A DNA stretch of 63,061 nucleotides, filler included. It is 9 parts of 9 records of this genome, joined end to end, with 100 filler letters (N's around TTAATTAATTAA, not from the genome) between each part and the next. Parts side by side here need not be neighbours in the genome. Positions count along the whole stretch, not along the records: positions 44,122 to 59,624 come from SRR7504441_7704; 8 more parts are not named here. One strand, 5' to 3'. Positions 46,979-57,480 of the stretch are shown in pieces. The notes under the pieces were generated by a model. The model ran no database searches. It was not told where the DNA came from and saw only the letters and a program-made list of their open reading frames with translations. The first letter of the stretch is position 1. Each line of letters opens with the position of its first letter. The translations under genes were made by a program, and so were the position numbers.

Positions 46979-48611
46979 TCAAACGGCTTCTTGCACGTAA
47001 TCCTTTGATTGCTTGCTCTTCAACGGGCCTGGCTGATTGGCATGGTATGATTGGACCTTTTCCTCAGGGATCTTGATGCACGGGAGGTCGCCGGAGCCTT
47101 CGCCAAACACCTCGCGCCAGGCTCTAAGCAAGTCGTCATAGGTGTCCGGGTGGTTGCAGTGCAACGCCACCGGGTCCTCGGCAAAGCAGACGAGCAGTGC
47201 TGAGACCATAGAGGCGAGCGGTGAGAGCATGATCTGGATGAAGAAGATGGCCACGATCCCGAAGGTGCACCCCCACATGGCGGCCTCGTCCTTTGACAAG
47301 TCGTTCTGCTTGTATCCGTACAGCCTGCACCGGCTCAGATCGCCAGCGGGCAGCTGACCCACCCGACAAACCCTCCGACTGAGCAGCCACCCATCAGCGA
47401 GCCCATGAACAAGAGCCTGCGCCCCCCCCAGTGAGTCCGAGCCGCACCGGCCGGCACCGGGACACGATGTCGTCGTTGATGATGGCGGTGAGCCCTGCAG
47501 CTTCCAGGAACTGCAGTGCTTCTTTGGCTGCCGTGCAGAAGCCGTGGCCGTAGATGCCCACATGCACGTACGCGTAGGTGTTGATCAGCTTGAAGAGCCA
47601 TTCCACACAGGCCAGGCAGCAGTCGATGCAGCAGAAGACGAACCGGACACAGCAGTTGTCTGCACACTCGCGGTGTTTGATCCATTGCACAACCATTCTG
47701 GTAAACTCGATCAGCGAGACCAGCAGTGAGCCGAAGCAGATCGAGCCGAAGCTGCAGGTTGCCGCCTTGAGCAGGCACGGGAAGGCGGCCAGATCGTTGT
47801 CGTTGAAGTAGTGCTGTCCCAGGACTCCGCAGCTGGTCACATGCACTACATTCCGGCATATCTCGAGCCCCCAGAGGAAGAGGAGAAGGAAGAAGGCGAA
47901 CATGCCCCAGGCGGCGTCGTCGTCCTCCATGTCCACGAAGTGGCCGCACACGCGCATGGTGCCGGCCACGAGCAGCACACAGTAACCGATCATTAGGAAA
48001 ACGACCAGCAGAGCGGCCAGGAATATGAACGGATTCAGGAACATGACCCCGACGCAGATGTGGATCATCCGAGTGGCCAGGTCGATCCGCGCCCGAATGC
48101 AGCAGAAGTAAATCATCGTGATAAGCGCGAGCGAAGCGAAGACCAGCCCGGAGACCCAGTAGCCGATGTAGAAGCCGTAGAAGCTGGCGGCCGAGAGCAG
48201 GGCCACGCACAGCATGAACCCAAAGTAGATCAGGCACCGGGAGCACATCCACATGAACACGATCCAGATCAGAATCCAGGCCAGTGCGCACCCGGCCGCG
48301 ATCAGCCCGTATTTGACCGTGTCATCGCCGCCGTAGTCGACTTTGAGGTGGGTTTGCTCGTCATCGAAGTGAATGCAGAGCACAACGGTCGCAATCACGC
48401 AAGCGTAGAACCTGCCGCCCCCGGTCATTTCGGCCAGCGGCCCGGCCAGTCACAGCAGGGCGAAGAAGGCGTCCCTGCAGCCGTGGCAGGCCCATACGCT
48501 CTCGTGCCGCCGGTGAAGTCGTTGGGACTTGCCGCCCGACTTGCCGGCTATAGAGGCCGGCTGCTCGAGCGCGCTCGTGTCCTGCATCTGGGGCGGGTAG
48601 TTGGCTTGCAT
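46979..48611 (-). CDS. Choline transporter-like (CTL/SLC44/PNS1) protein
   Basis: CRDAFFALL, SFGSICFGSLLVSLI, INTYAYVHVGIYGHGFCTAAK, LLVCFAEDP; 3 introns. Confidence 0.92.
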
Positions 48612-48739
48612 CCTCACCTCTCTTGTGCTTTCACCTCTCTTGTGCTTTTGTGCTTGTGGCGCGCCCGTGCCACAACGGGAGATTCAGCGGCAACGGCATC
48701 GGAGCGCTTCCTTTGTGTCGATTGTGTGAGTCCCCTGCG

Positions 48740-51700
48740 ATGGCGGTGCGAGCTGTGCGAGCTGTGCTGGCGGGGCTGGTGGCGTGCGGGCTAGCGGGGG
48801 AGCCGCGAGAGCACTGGCCCGAGTTCTCCGGCCAGTCGACCTGGAGCAACGTCACCCCCGCCGATCCGCTGCCCAAGCCGCCCCCCGGCAGCTTCGTCCC
48901 GCTGGATGGCCGGGTGGATTCCATCACCTGGATGGACAGCCTGCTCCCGTTCGTGGCCCGGCGGACCGGGATCGCCGTCTCAAGGTGAGCTGGCCCGCGG
49001 CCCTGCAGCCTGACCGGGCGGCAGCACTGGGACGCTCTACAGGGCGACAGCTGGAGGGCAGGCATGGCAGCTGGTGGGGCGCCCGGGCAAGGTGACGCGG
49101 CCCAGACCGCCCAATATCACTCCTGGCGGTGCGCAGGGTGCCAAAATCGTCACCAGCCGGCTGCCCAAGGTGGCTGCTTTCGTGGCAGGGCAGGATGGGC
49201 AGCATCACTGGCTGACCCAGGACGGCGGAGAGACTTTTAGTCAGGTCAACAGTACCACGCCGCTCTATGGAATCAAATTCCACCCGCACAAGAGCGGATG
49301 GGCCCTGGCACACACAGGGGGCCCGCAATGCGACAACGCGCCAACCTCAACCGGCTGCAAAGTTGCAGTCACATTCACAGGGGGTACAACGTGGGAGGTT
49401 CTCTCAGTGCCAGCCATCCGATTTCCATACTTTGGCTGGACAGCTCATTTCAGCCGTAACGTGGGCGACTTGCTCAGCAAGCTTGGTAAAGAGATCATGG
49501 GTAGCCAGCCCGGCGATCAGGTTGCAACGACCCAGCGTGGAGTGGTTGCGGTGATTGCAGCTCACGACTCTTCGACCAAGCCGCGGTGTAACATAGTGCG
49601 CTCTGACGACATGCTCAAAAGCCAGCATGTAATTTTGCGTAACGCATGCGAGTTTGTAGCTACGAATGGCAAGATTTTTGCTATTGTGGAGGGGGCTCTG
49701 TGGATTGCATCAGCTGTGGCTGGACCTTTCAAGCAGGCGTTTCTGCCTCAGATCAATGCTGTGCAGCTGTCAGTGGCGGCGCTTCATTCCATTTTTCATG
49801 ACAAAACTCATTTCCTGATTGCGGTTCCAGACGGAGAAGCCCAGACCACGCCTTCTGGAACATTGTTCAAATCAGATGAAGAAGGTATAGACTGGAAGGA
49901 GGTGCTCTTAGACTGTCACCTCGTAGATGTAACCACACCGGTACCGCACCTCAGGGCTGATGTCCATGTCCTGCAAGGCCTACACGGCGTCTACCTAGCA
50001 AACCAGGTGCACAAAAGAGCCGGAATTGCTGCTGGTGGCGGCATAGCCACGGGCAACGTAGCATACACAACACAGACGCTAGTCACATTTGATAGTGGGA
50101 GATCATGGTCGCCCCTCAAAATACCGACAAAGCACCCTGCTGGTATGTCTTTCGCATGTAAAGAAGCGAGAGGGGACTGCAGCCTCAACCTTGTTCTGCA
50201 CAAAAATGTGATCAATGCGATGCCCGTCTGGACAACACATCAAAATCCGGGCTACATCTTGGCTCTCGGAGCACTGGGAAAGGTAGAGGCTACGACCGAT
50301 CCAAATGGCCTGTTTCAATCAAATGACGCAGGTTATACTTGGTCAATTGTGACTCATGATATGGGTCTGTTTGTATCCCTGGGCCGGGGCGAAGGAACTG
50401 CAATTGTTACCAGAAACAAGGCAACGCCTTCTGTGTCATACTTTTCGAACACTGGTCGGCAGCATAAACTGCTGACTTGGAATTCCAAGTCAATGGAGCA
50501 CCTTGAGGCTAAGTTTGTCACAACAGGTGACAATGGGAACAGCAAAACTCCTTCTCTTGTTGTTGCAGGAGTAAATGCACAAACTAAAACTTCCGGAGCC
50601 CTGTTCCTCGAGTTCAAGGAATGGCCAAAGCCCTGCAAGACGGGTGATTTTGAGCAATGGAGAGTAGGCGGCCCACCTGAGCCTCTATGGTCGGGCTGCA
50701 TACTTGGACGCAAAGTGGACTGCAAGCGCAAAAGGCAGGGCCACAAATGCTTTATCAAGAACCCAGAAGTGCAGTTAAAGTGCAAGAGGCAACGTTGCAG
50801 TTGTAGCATTCACGATTTCCAATGCATTCGCGGGTACGAGCGTCGCTACACCGCAGATGGCACCCCAGGGGGCTGCGTTTTCCGTCACGGCTTCGGCAAG
50901 ACATCTAAGGAAGAGAAGCGCAGGCAGGCCTTGTCGCGATTGTACCAAGGTAATGCATCTATCGAGAGCGTGTGCAACGTACTGGGTGGAAAGAAACTAT
51001 CAGTTCCATCTGGTTATCACCTTTACCCTGGAGATTCATGCTCCCAGCAAAACCTCACCAAATTCCACCAATGTGTCACTGACCAGAAGTTATCGTTGCT
51101 GAGCTGCTCGACTGAATACAACGTCTTCCAACCAGTGCCTGCTGATTGCCCTCAAAAGTTGCCAACCCAGAAATCCTACGTCAACCGCTCTACGACAGAT
51201 TCCAAAGGCAAGCGCAAGACTGAGGTCTCCATGCTTTCCACAACACCCTTTCAATCTTCAATAAGCAATCTGGTCTGGGTTGGGCCGAAGCAGCGTCTCT
51301 GTTTTGGCAGAGAAGCATTCACGAACACTAACTCACCAGCACCAGACTTTGCGCTTGTTGCCACAACATAAATTTCCACTGTTTGCTGAGGGGGGCCAAA
51401 AATCTCATTGACACGAAAAATTGATTTTGATCCGACGACTCCGATCGGCTTCCATGTCTTTCCTTGGTCGTGGCTGATTCCTATATGCCGTTGACTGCCG
51501 ACACGTGAAACCAAGATGAAGGTATCACCATAGTTACCCACAATGTAGTCAAACCTGCAACCTGTGCTCTTGACCTGGCAACTGCTAGGAAGATTGACCT
51601 TTTGCCAAGTGCAGCCACCGTCAGTTGAGTGCAGCAACGACAAGGAGATCAAAGTCTGGTGGAATCGGAATTGCCATTGTAGCGCCATAGATTATGAATG

Positions 51701-52376
51701 CCAGCCTACCTCCCCAAGGGCGTCGTCTTGCATAGATCCTTCTGCTCTATCAGATTTAGGGAATTCAGACCTCAAGGCAAAGATATGCAGCCTTTCCCCG
51801 AAGCAATCGTTCCTGCGAGGGTACCGTAAAGGCGACGGCACGCTGTGTTCAGGAGGGCTCGTGCTGCCGTCTTCTAAAATAAGATGCAGAGACGGCCACG
51901 TAGCTAAGCCATCGGCCGCTCCAAATGCAGCTGTGACAGTTGCAACAAGCTCAGCCCCAGAGAACCCGAAGCAAAGCGATTTGGTACACGCAACTAGAAC
52001 GAATTCTCACTCTCAGAAGGAAGCGAAAGCTTCTGGATGGAGCTTGCTCTTTGTCGTGCTCGTCATCTTGATTGCTCTCGTTGGGGGAAGCGTTCTTTTG
52101 TACTACAAGTTTGTCAAGCGATCAAAGACCCACAGCGAGACGCCAAATAGCTACAAGCAGGTGGGCGATGAGGCCTACCCGCATAGTGCAATCGACGACT
52201 TGCTGGATGAGCCGGAGCAGTTGAGCCCTACAGCTGTGCCGGAAGTGAGTGAAAATGTTGACTTTGACAAGCTTGCTGCGGTTGCAGTCACATCAGAGCC
52301 CGTGGGCATGTCTGTGGTGGAAAATACCTCTTTGTCTGAGAGTTTGCTAGCTCGTGAGAAGCGCACTGATCATTGA
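48740..52376 (+). CDS. Vps10/sortilin-family receptor (two Vps10 units, TM, cytosolic tail); second unit internally deleted and partly inverted
   Basis: Signal peptide; Asp-boxes (TQDGGETF, TFDSGRSW, SNDAGYTW), CSLNL, CSCSIHDFQC, GYRK.DG..C.GG, TM at ~52040-52110; further Asp-boxes on the - strand at 51290-51632. Confidence 0.85.
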
Positions 52377-52686
52377 GCACTCCTAGAGCATAATTATGCA
52401 CGTGCACTGCACTTATATTTAACGTTTTACGGTTTTACTTACGTTTTACTAATCTTTGATACTAAGTCTTGTATAGTACAAGTTAAGATGAAATGCAAAT
52501 GTAACTAATCTTTTATATTAAGATGGAATGCGAATATTGCAGTAGCCTAGCAGTAGCCCGGACACAATGCTCGCCAGCAGTTAGCCAGCAGTAACGGCGA
52601 GTTGTCAGCACCCAGGTCAGCACACGCCCTGACATTCACAGCCGGGAATACCGGTGCACTGACATCTTCATCGAGTGTCAGGACAC

Positions 52687-55668
52687 TCAAGGAATCGAGG
52701 CTTCGCTCTTGACCATCACCCGCACACCTGCGCGAAGTTCGGCCATAGTGTACTTGCCGTGTGGCTCCCCGGCAACCGTGAGCTGCCACTCCTGCTTGTC
52801 GCCAGTGCCGTACAGCCCCTCAATCACAAGCATCACAGCGAAAGTATCATCCCACGGCAAGTCCAGTTCGTTGGCGCCCATCAAACTGCGGATGCTCACG
52901 GTGATCACATTTCCCACAACAGCGCACTCGCTCAGCTCCACGCCGTCGATCCCGATGCACAACCCACGCTCCGAGTCCATGAAAGCTCCACCAAAGCGCT
53001 TCCTCGCAAAGGCAATCGCTGCGAGTGCACCAACCTCGCCCCAGTCCGGACCACTACGAGCAGGTAATTGTGGCAGTCCCTCGTGGTCAATATTTTCGGG
53101 CTCTAGGTAATCACCGACAACCGGGCGACCGGTCAAATTCTGATCCAGGTTTGGGACTGGATAGTTGTTTGCTTGCGTCCGCCTCTCCGTGAGAAGAGAC
53201 AGAGATGCCCGAGCAGCAGCAACTCCACGCTCCATCAGATCTTGCCGTCCGGATGCATTGCCGAGACGCAGCAGTCCTTCAGATAAGACAGCTTGCCGCA
53301 TGTCCAGCCACTCTGCATCTGTATTCTGACTGCGCATTCCACCAAACACATAAGCTATCTTAGGACGCTCAATATACGTGGGCTCGTACGTAGCTTGATA
53401 CAGCGACGCGTAGTCAGCCGCTTCCTCAGCAGCATGCAAGTACTGTGGCTCGCCAGTGAGTTCCCACATTGAAGTCAGCCCATCGATAGCCCAGCCTGCA
53501 CTGAGCGTATTTCGAGGAAACTGGTGAGTAAAGTTGTCAAATGCAGATTCTGGCTTATTCGAGCAAGAATAGAACGTCTCTACATCGGCCCATCGCTGGA
53601 ACGGGAGGATCTCTTGAATCAATTGCTGTGCAATCGTTCGTGCTGCTGACTCGTACCGCGCACGATCAGCGCCTGGCGGCAATTTCTGTGCGAAATCAGC
53701 AAGCACTTGTAGATGGATACCGCCGTGTGCATTAAACGCCAGCCATCCGACTGGAGAGAGGCCCATATCTGCCGGGGCCCACCACTCTGGAACCCGTCCC
53801 AATCCACTTTCGCTGTGAGGTGATGCAACTAGGTTCGCCAGCCAGTCTGCATGCAGTTTTACGCGTGGCAGAATGCGAGGATCCGCATCAACATCTGTGT
53901 AATAGCGAAGCAGCATTACCGCAGTTTTTGATACCGACGAGGCTGATTTCCAGTCACTACTGAAGTCCCAGTATGCGCCTGTATAGCCAGGGTCACATTT
54001 TTGATTTCCTTCGCATTCAGGGGTGTGTGGCGCTGTGATTTTGTGCAAAGCGCCAGTCCATGTACAACCAGCAGTGGTCCAATTACAAACAGAATCCCAT
54101 AGCCCACTTGTCCCAGGCGCAGAAGGAGCTGAAAGCGTCAGATTAAGCGTTAACGAGGCGGCTCGAAGCAGACCGTTTCCAAGGAGCTGCTTGCCAGTCC
54201 CATCATCTGCCACGCTCAGCAGCTCTTTGCCCCACAGTCCAAAGCCCGTCGCCATGTGCTGATTATTCCACCAGAAAACGTTGTGGATCTTGTCAAAAGC
54301 GACAGAGTCCGTACTTGGACCACCTGCCATCGTGCGCAGGCCTCCAGCCATGGATCCATCCGGTAGCTCCCACGAAACAAATGCACCACGTTTAGTCAGA
54401 TCGGGTGGTCCACCGACAGGAGATGTCTCGTTTAGTGCTGCTGGATAACACAAGGCGGCGTATTCAGCAAACGGCATGACTTGTGGGCGACCACGTCGTA
54501 GCTCTGCGGATCCAGTACGGTTCCACGCTCTCCGTGCCGCTTGTTGAAATAGGCGCTGCTCAGTCGTCTGGGCTTCGTCGCCTGGTGCTGAAAGTATAAG
54601 TTCGAAGCCGAACTGCAATCGGTCGCTTTGCACCGGTCGAATCATCGATCCGTCGTTGTGATGCTTGAAGTACACGTGTTGTTCGACCTCGTAGTCTAAC
54701 AGTCCGAAAGACAACACAGCTGAGTGCCCTGGACCAACCGGAGGATCGATTTGTAGATCAAAACCAGCGGGGAATGTCGGGTGAACGTATTTGCCGTTGG
54801 CGAACGTTGCAGTCGGTGCCCACCTCGTGTTTTGCTCCCCACTCACTGGCCTAGCCCCCGGAGCTTCAACAGCATGCTCATTCAGCTGCTCAGCGTCCAC
54901 CAACAGCGCCACCCCACTCCCATTGAAACCCTCCAGCACAGTCACCGGGCTATTGAATGTTCTGTCGGGGGAGATGTACTCGGTGGACGGCACCTGCCCC
55001 CAGTGCTGGGTAGAGACACGCTTGAGATGTGGTGTGTGCACGAAATCCGGCGGGTTGGGTTGGGACCACTCAAAGCTCGCCAGTACGTACTCGATCCACG
55101 AGGACGGCACGGTCGCCTCTCCGATAACTGCTGTCACGTTAACGTCGAAAGCACTGGATCCAGCGCGCAGAGTAATGCTCACAGTTGCAGAACGCAACAC
55201 TGAACAGTTTGCGCCAAGAGGCGGGGGCTGAGTGGTCATATTGCGGTAGCCACTATCAATGAAAGCGCATGGTGCATGATCCGGACGGCCGGTTTCCAGC
55301 ACCACAGAGCGCTCCGTAGCTGTAGAGGCGTTCCCAGGTCGGATGGCCCACAAGTGGTCGTGTAGCAGTACGCGGTAGCCAGCATATGGGTTCGTCTGGG
55401 AGTACAGCGGCGAGTCCACCCCTGAATCCGCGTGGAAGCTCCGCAAAACCTCGCTGCTCGATGCTCCGAGTGTAAAGAATCGCAGCAGCGGGCCGTCGGA
55501 CGTCCGGTTGCGTGAGCGTGCCTCGAGGCGGACTAGCCCGTTCGACATGGCTAGCCCACCACCAGGAGCGGGTCCCACAACCACAGGTGGTAGTGGTGGT
55601 GGTGCATTCTGGCCCGCTACCGCTACAGATTGAAGCGCAACAAGGACTGCCACCGGCGAGGTGAACAT
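52687..55668 (-). CDS. Large secreted hypothetical protein, probable (alpha/alpha)6 glycosidase-like fold, intronless
   Basis: 993-aa ORF with signal peptide; RWADVETFYSCS, ELTGEPQYLHAA, GG..SQNTDAEW.D.RQ motifs. Confidence 0.65.
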   Translation of the reverse strand: MFTSPVAVLVALQSVAVAGQNAPPPLPPVVVGPAPGGGLAMSNGLVRLEARSRNRTSDGPLLRFFTLGASSSEVLRSFHADSGVDSPLYSQTNPYAGYRVLLHDHLWAIRPGNASTATERSVVLETGRPDHAPCAFIDSGYRNMTTQPPPLGANCSVLRSATVSITLRAGSSAFDVNVTAVIGEATVPSSWIEYVLASFEWSQPNPPDFVHTPHLKRVSTQHWGQVPSTEYISPDRTFNSPVTVLEGFNGSGVALLVDAEQLNEHAVEAPGARPVSGEQNTRWAPTATFANGKYVHPTFPAGFDLQIDPPVGPGHSAVLSFGLLDYEVEQHVYFKHHNDGSMIRPVQSDRLQFGFELILSAPGDEAQTTEQRLFQQAARRAWNRTGSAELRRGRPQVMPFAEYAALCYPAALNETSPVGGPPDLTKRGAFVSWELPDGSMAGGLRTMAGGPSTDSVAFDKIHNVFWWNNQHMATGFGLWGKELLSVADDGTGKQLLGNGLLRAASLTLNLTLSAPSAPGTSGLWDSVCNWTTAGCTWTGALHKITAPHTPECEGNQKCDPGYTGAYWDFSSDWKSASSVSKTAVMLLRYYTDVDADPRILPRVKLHADWLANLVASPHSESGLGRVPEWWAPADMGLSPVGWLAFNAHGGIHLQVLADFAQKLPPGADRARYESAARTIAQQLIQEILPFQRWADVETFYSCSNKPESAFDNFTHQFPRNTLSAGWAIDGLTSMWELTGEPQYLHAAEEAADYASLYQATYEPTYIERPKIAYVFGGMRSQNTDAEWLDMRQAVLSEGLLRLGNASGRQDLMERGVAAARASLSLLTERRTQANNYPVPNLDQNLTGRPVVGDYLEPENIDHEGLPQLPARSGPDWGEVGALAAIAFARKRFGGAFMDSERGLCIGIDGVELSECAVVGNVITVSIRSLMGANELDLPWDDTFAVMLVIEGLYGTGDKQEWQLTVAGEPHGKYTMAELRAGVRVMVKSEASIP

Positions 55669-55734
55669 TCAGGCCCGGGCAATCGCCGGCCCAACGGCCC
55701 CAGCCGGCCAGGAGGCCTGCCAGAGTGTGGGATA

Positions 55735-57315
55735 ATGTCTCTTTCATCCCTCCGTACGATGCGCGACGTGCTGCTGGGCGGGCAAGCGAGCGAGCCGGCC
55801 CTCATCCTGACCGACGCCGGGTCCGAGCTCTGGCGGCTCTCCCGGGCCGGGCTGCGCGCCGGGGTGGAGCGGCTGTCTGGGGTGCTGGCCGGGGAGCTCG
55901 GGATCGGCCGGGGGGATGTGGTGGCCCTGGCGATGCCCAACACGCCCGAGTTTGTGCTGTGCTTCCTCGGGGCCCAGTGGCAGGGCGGCGTGGCCTTCCC
56001 GCTCAACCCAAACTACAAGCGAGGAGAGTTCTCCTTTTTCCTCAAAGACGTGGCCGCAAAGCTGCTGGTGGTGCCCGCCGGCAGCGGCAACCCAGAGGCC
56101 GAGGCGGCGGCCGGCGAGCTCGGGATCCCGGTGTACGCGGCACACACCCCCGCCGGCCAGCCGACAGAGCTGGTCCCTAAGGCAGTGTCTGGACCGCCCG
56201 CGGGAGCCAGCGGGGCCAGCGGGTACGCGCCGGTCCCAACGGACGTGGCGCTGATCCTGCACACCAGCGGGACCACCGGGACACCCAAGGGGGTGCCGCT
56301 CACCCACCACAACATGGTGACCACAGTGGGGAATATCAGAAACACTTACGAGCTGAGTGAGGCTGACCGATGCTACCTGGTGATGCCGCTCTTCCACATC
56401 CACGGGCTCATGTCGGCGCTGTTCAGCACGCTGGCGGCCGGCGGGGCGGTGATCATGCCGGTCAAGGGCAAGTTCTCAGCCCAGGCCTTCTGGCCGGACA
56501 TCGTGGCCCACAAAGCGAGCTGGTACACTGCGGTGCCCACCATACACCAGACGCTGCTCCTCCGCAAGGACACCGACTACCCGGCCCACAGCCCGCCCAA
56601 GCTCCGGTTCATCCGGAGCTGCAGCTCGTCGCTCGCGGCTCCGGTGATGGCCAAGCTGGAGGAGGCTTTTGGGGCGCCTGTGCTGGAGGCTTACGCGATG
56701 TCGGAGGCGTGTCACCAGATGAGTTCAAATCCGCTCCCCAAGCACGGCCCGCACAAGCCGGGCACTGTGGGCCGGGCCACCAACATGCAGATGGCCATTC
56801 TGACCCCCGACGACCGCGAGCTGGGCACAGGCGAGGTGGGTGAGGTGTGTATCCGAGGAGAGAATGTGACTGCAGGGTACATGGGCGAGAGGGGCGCCGC
56901 GGCCAACAAGGACGCCTTCCGGGCCGGCTGGTTCCACACGGGCGACCAGGGCTTCCTGGACAAGGACGGGTTTCTCACTCTCACCGGCCGGCTCAAGGAG
57001 CTGATCAACAGAGGCGGCGAGAAGATATCTCCGCTAGAGGTGGACGCGCTGCTGCTAGGGCACCCGGCTGTGGCCGAGGCGGTGGCGTTCGGGGCGCCCG
57101 ACCCCAAGTACGGCGAGGAGGTGGCGGCGGCGGTGGTGCTCAAGGCCGGCTCGTCATGCACCCCGGAAGAGCTCAAGGCATACTGTACAGAGAAGGTCGC
57201 CAACGATAAGGTGCCAAAGCAGATCTTCATCACCACCGCGGTGCCCAAGACGGCCACCGGCAAGATCCAGCGCCGGATCGTGGCCCAGCACTTCCTCAAG
57301 AAAGCCAAGCTGTGA
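55735..57315 (+). CDS. Peroxisomal acyl-CoA synthetase, oxalate-CoA ligase (Pcs60/AAE3)-like
   Basis: LHTSGTTGTPKGVPLTH, LRFIRSCSSSLA, LEAYAMSEACHQMSSNPLP, GWFHTGDQG, PKTATGKIQRR; C-terminal AKL (PTS1). Confidence 0.93.
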   Translation: MSLSSLRTMRDVLLGGQASEPALILTDAGSELWRLSRAGLRAGVERLSGVLAGELGIGRGDVVALAMPNTPEFVLCFLGAQWQGGVAFPLNPNYKRGEFSFFLKDVAAKLLVVPAGSGNPEAEAAAGELGIPVYAAHTPAGQPTELVPKAVSGPPAGASGASGYAPVPTDVALILHTSGTTGTPKGVPLTHHNMVTTVGNIRNTYELSEADRCYLVMPLFHIHGLMSALFSTLAAGGAVIMPVKGKFSAQAFWPDIVAHKASWYTAVPTIHQTLLLRKDTDYPAHSPPKLRFIRSCSSSLAAPVMAKLEEAFGAPVLEAYAMSEACHQMSSNPLPKHGPHKPGTVGRATNMQMAILTPDDRELGTGEVGEVCIRGENVTAGYMGERGAAANKDAFRAGWFHTGDQGFLDKDGFLTLTGRLKELINRGGEKISPLEVDALLLGHPAVAEAVAFGAPDPKYGEEVAAAVVLKAGSSCTPEELKAYCTEKVANDKVPKQIFITTAVPKTATGKIQRRIVAQHFLKKAKL

Positions 57316-57480
57316 GCACGACCCAGCGGCCGGATCAGTTGGTGTCAGGGCCCTGCGACCTCGAGGACTTCTTTTGAGAGAATCAGTGAGCATGCGCGCA
57401 TTAAAACCATAGTAGTTACCTATTACTATACTGCGCACAGACTTGAATAAGGAGAACACGAGTTCGCAACTAGTTATATA

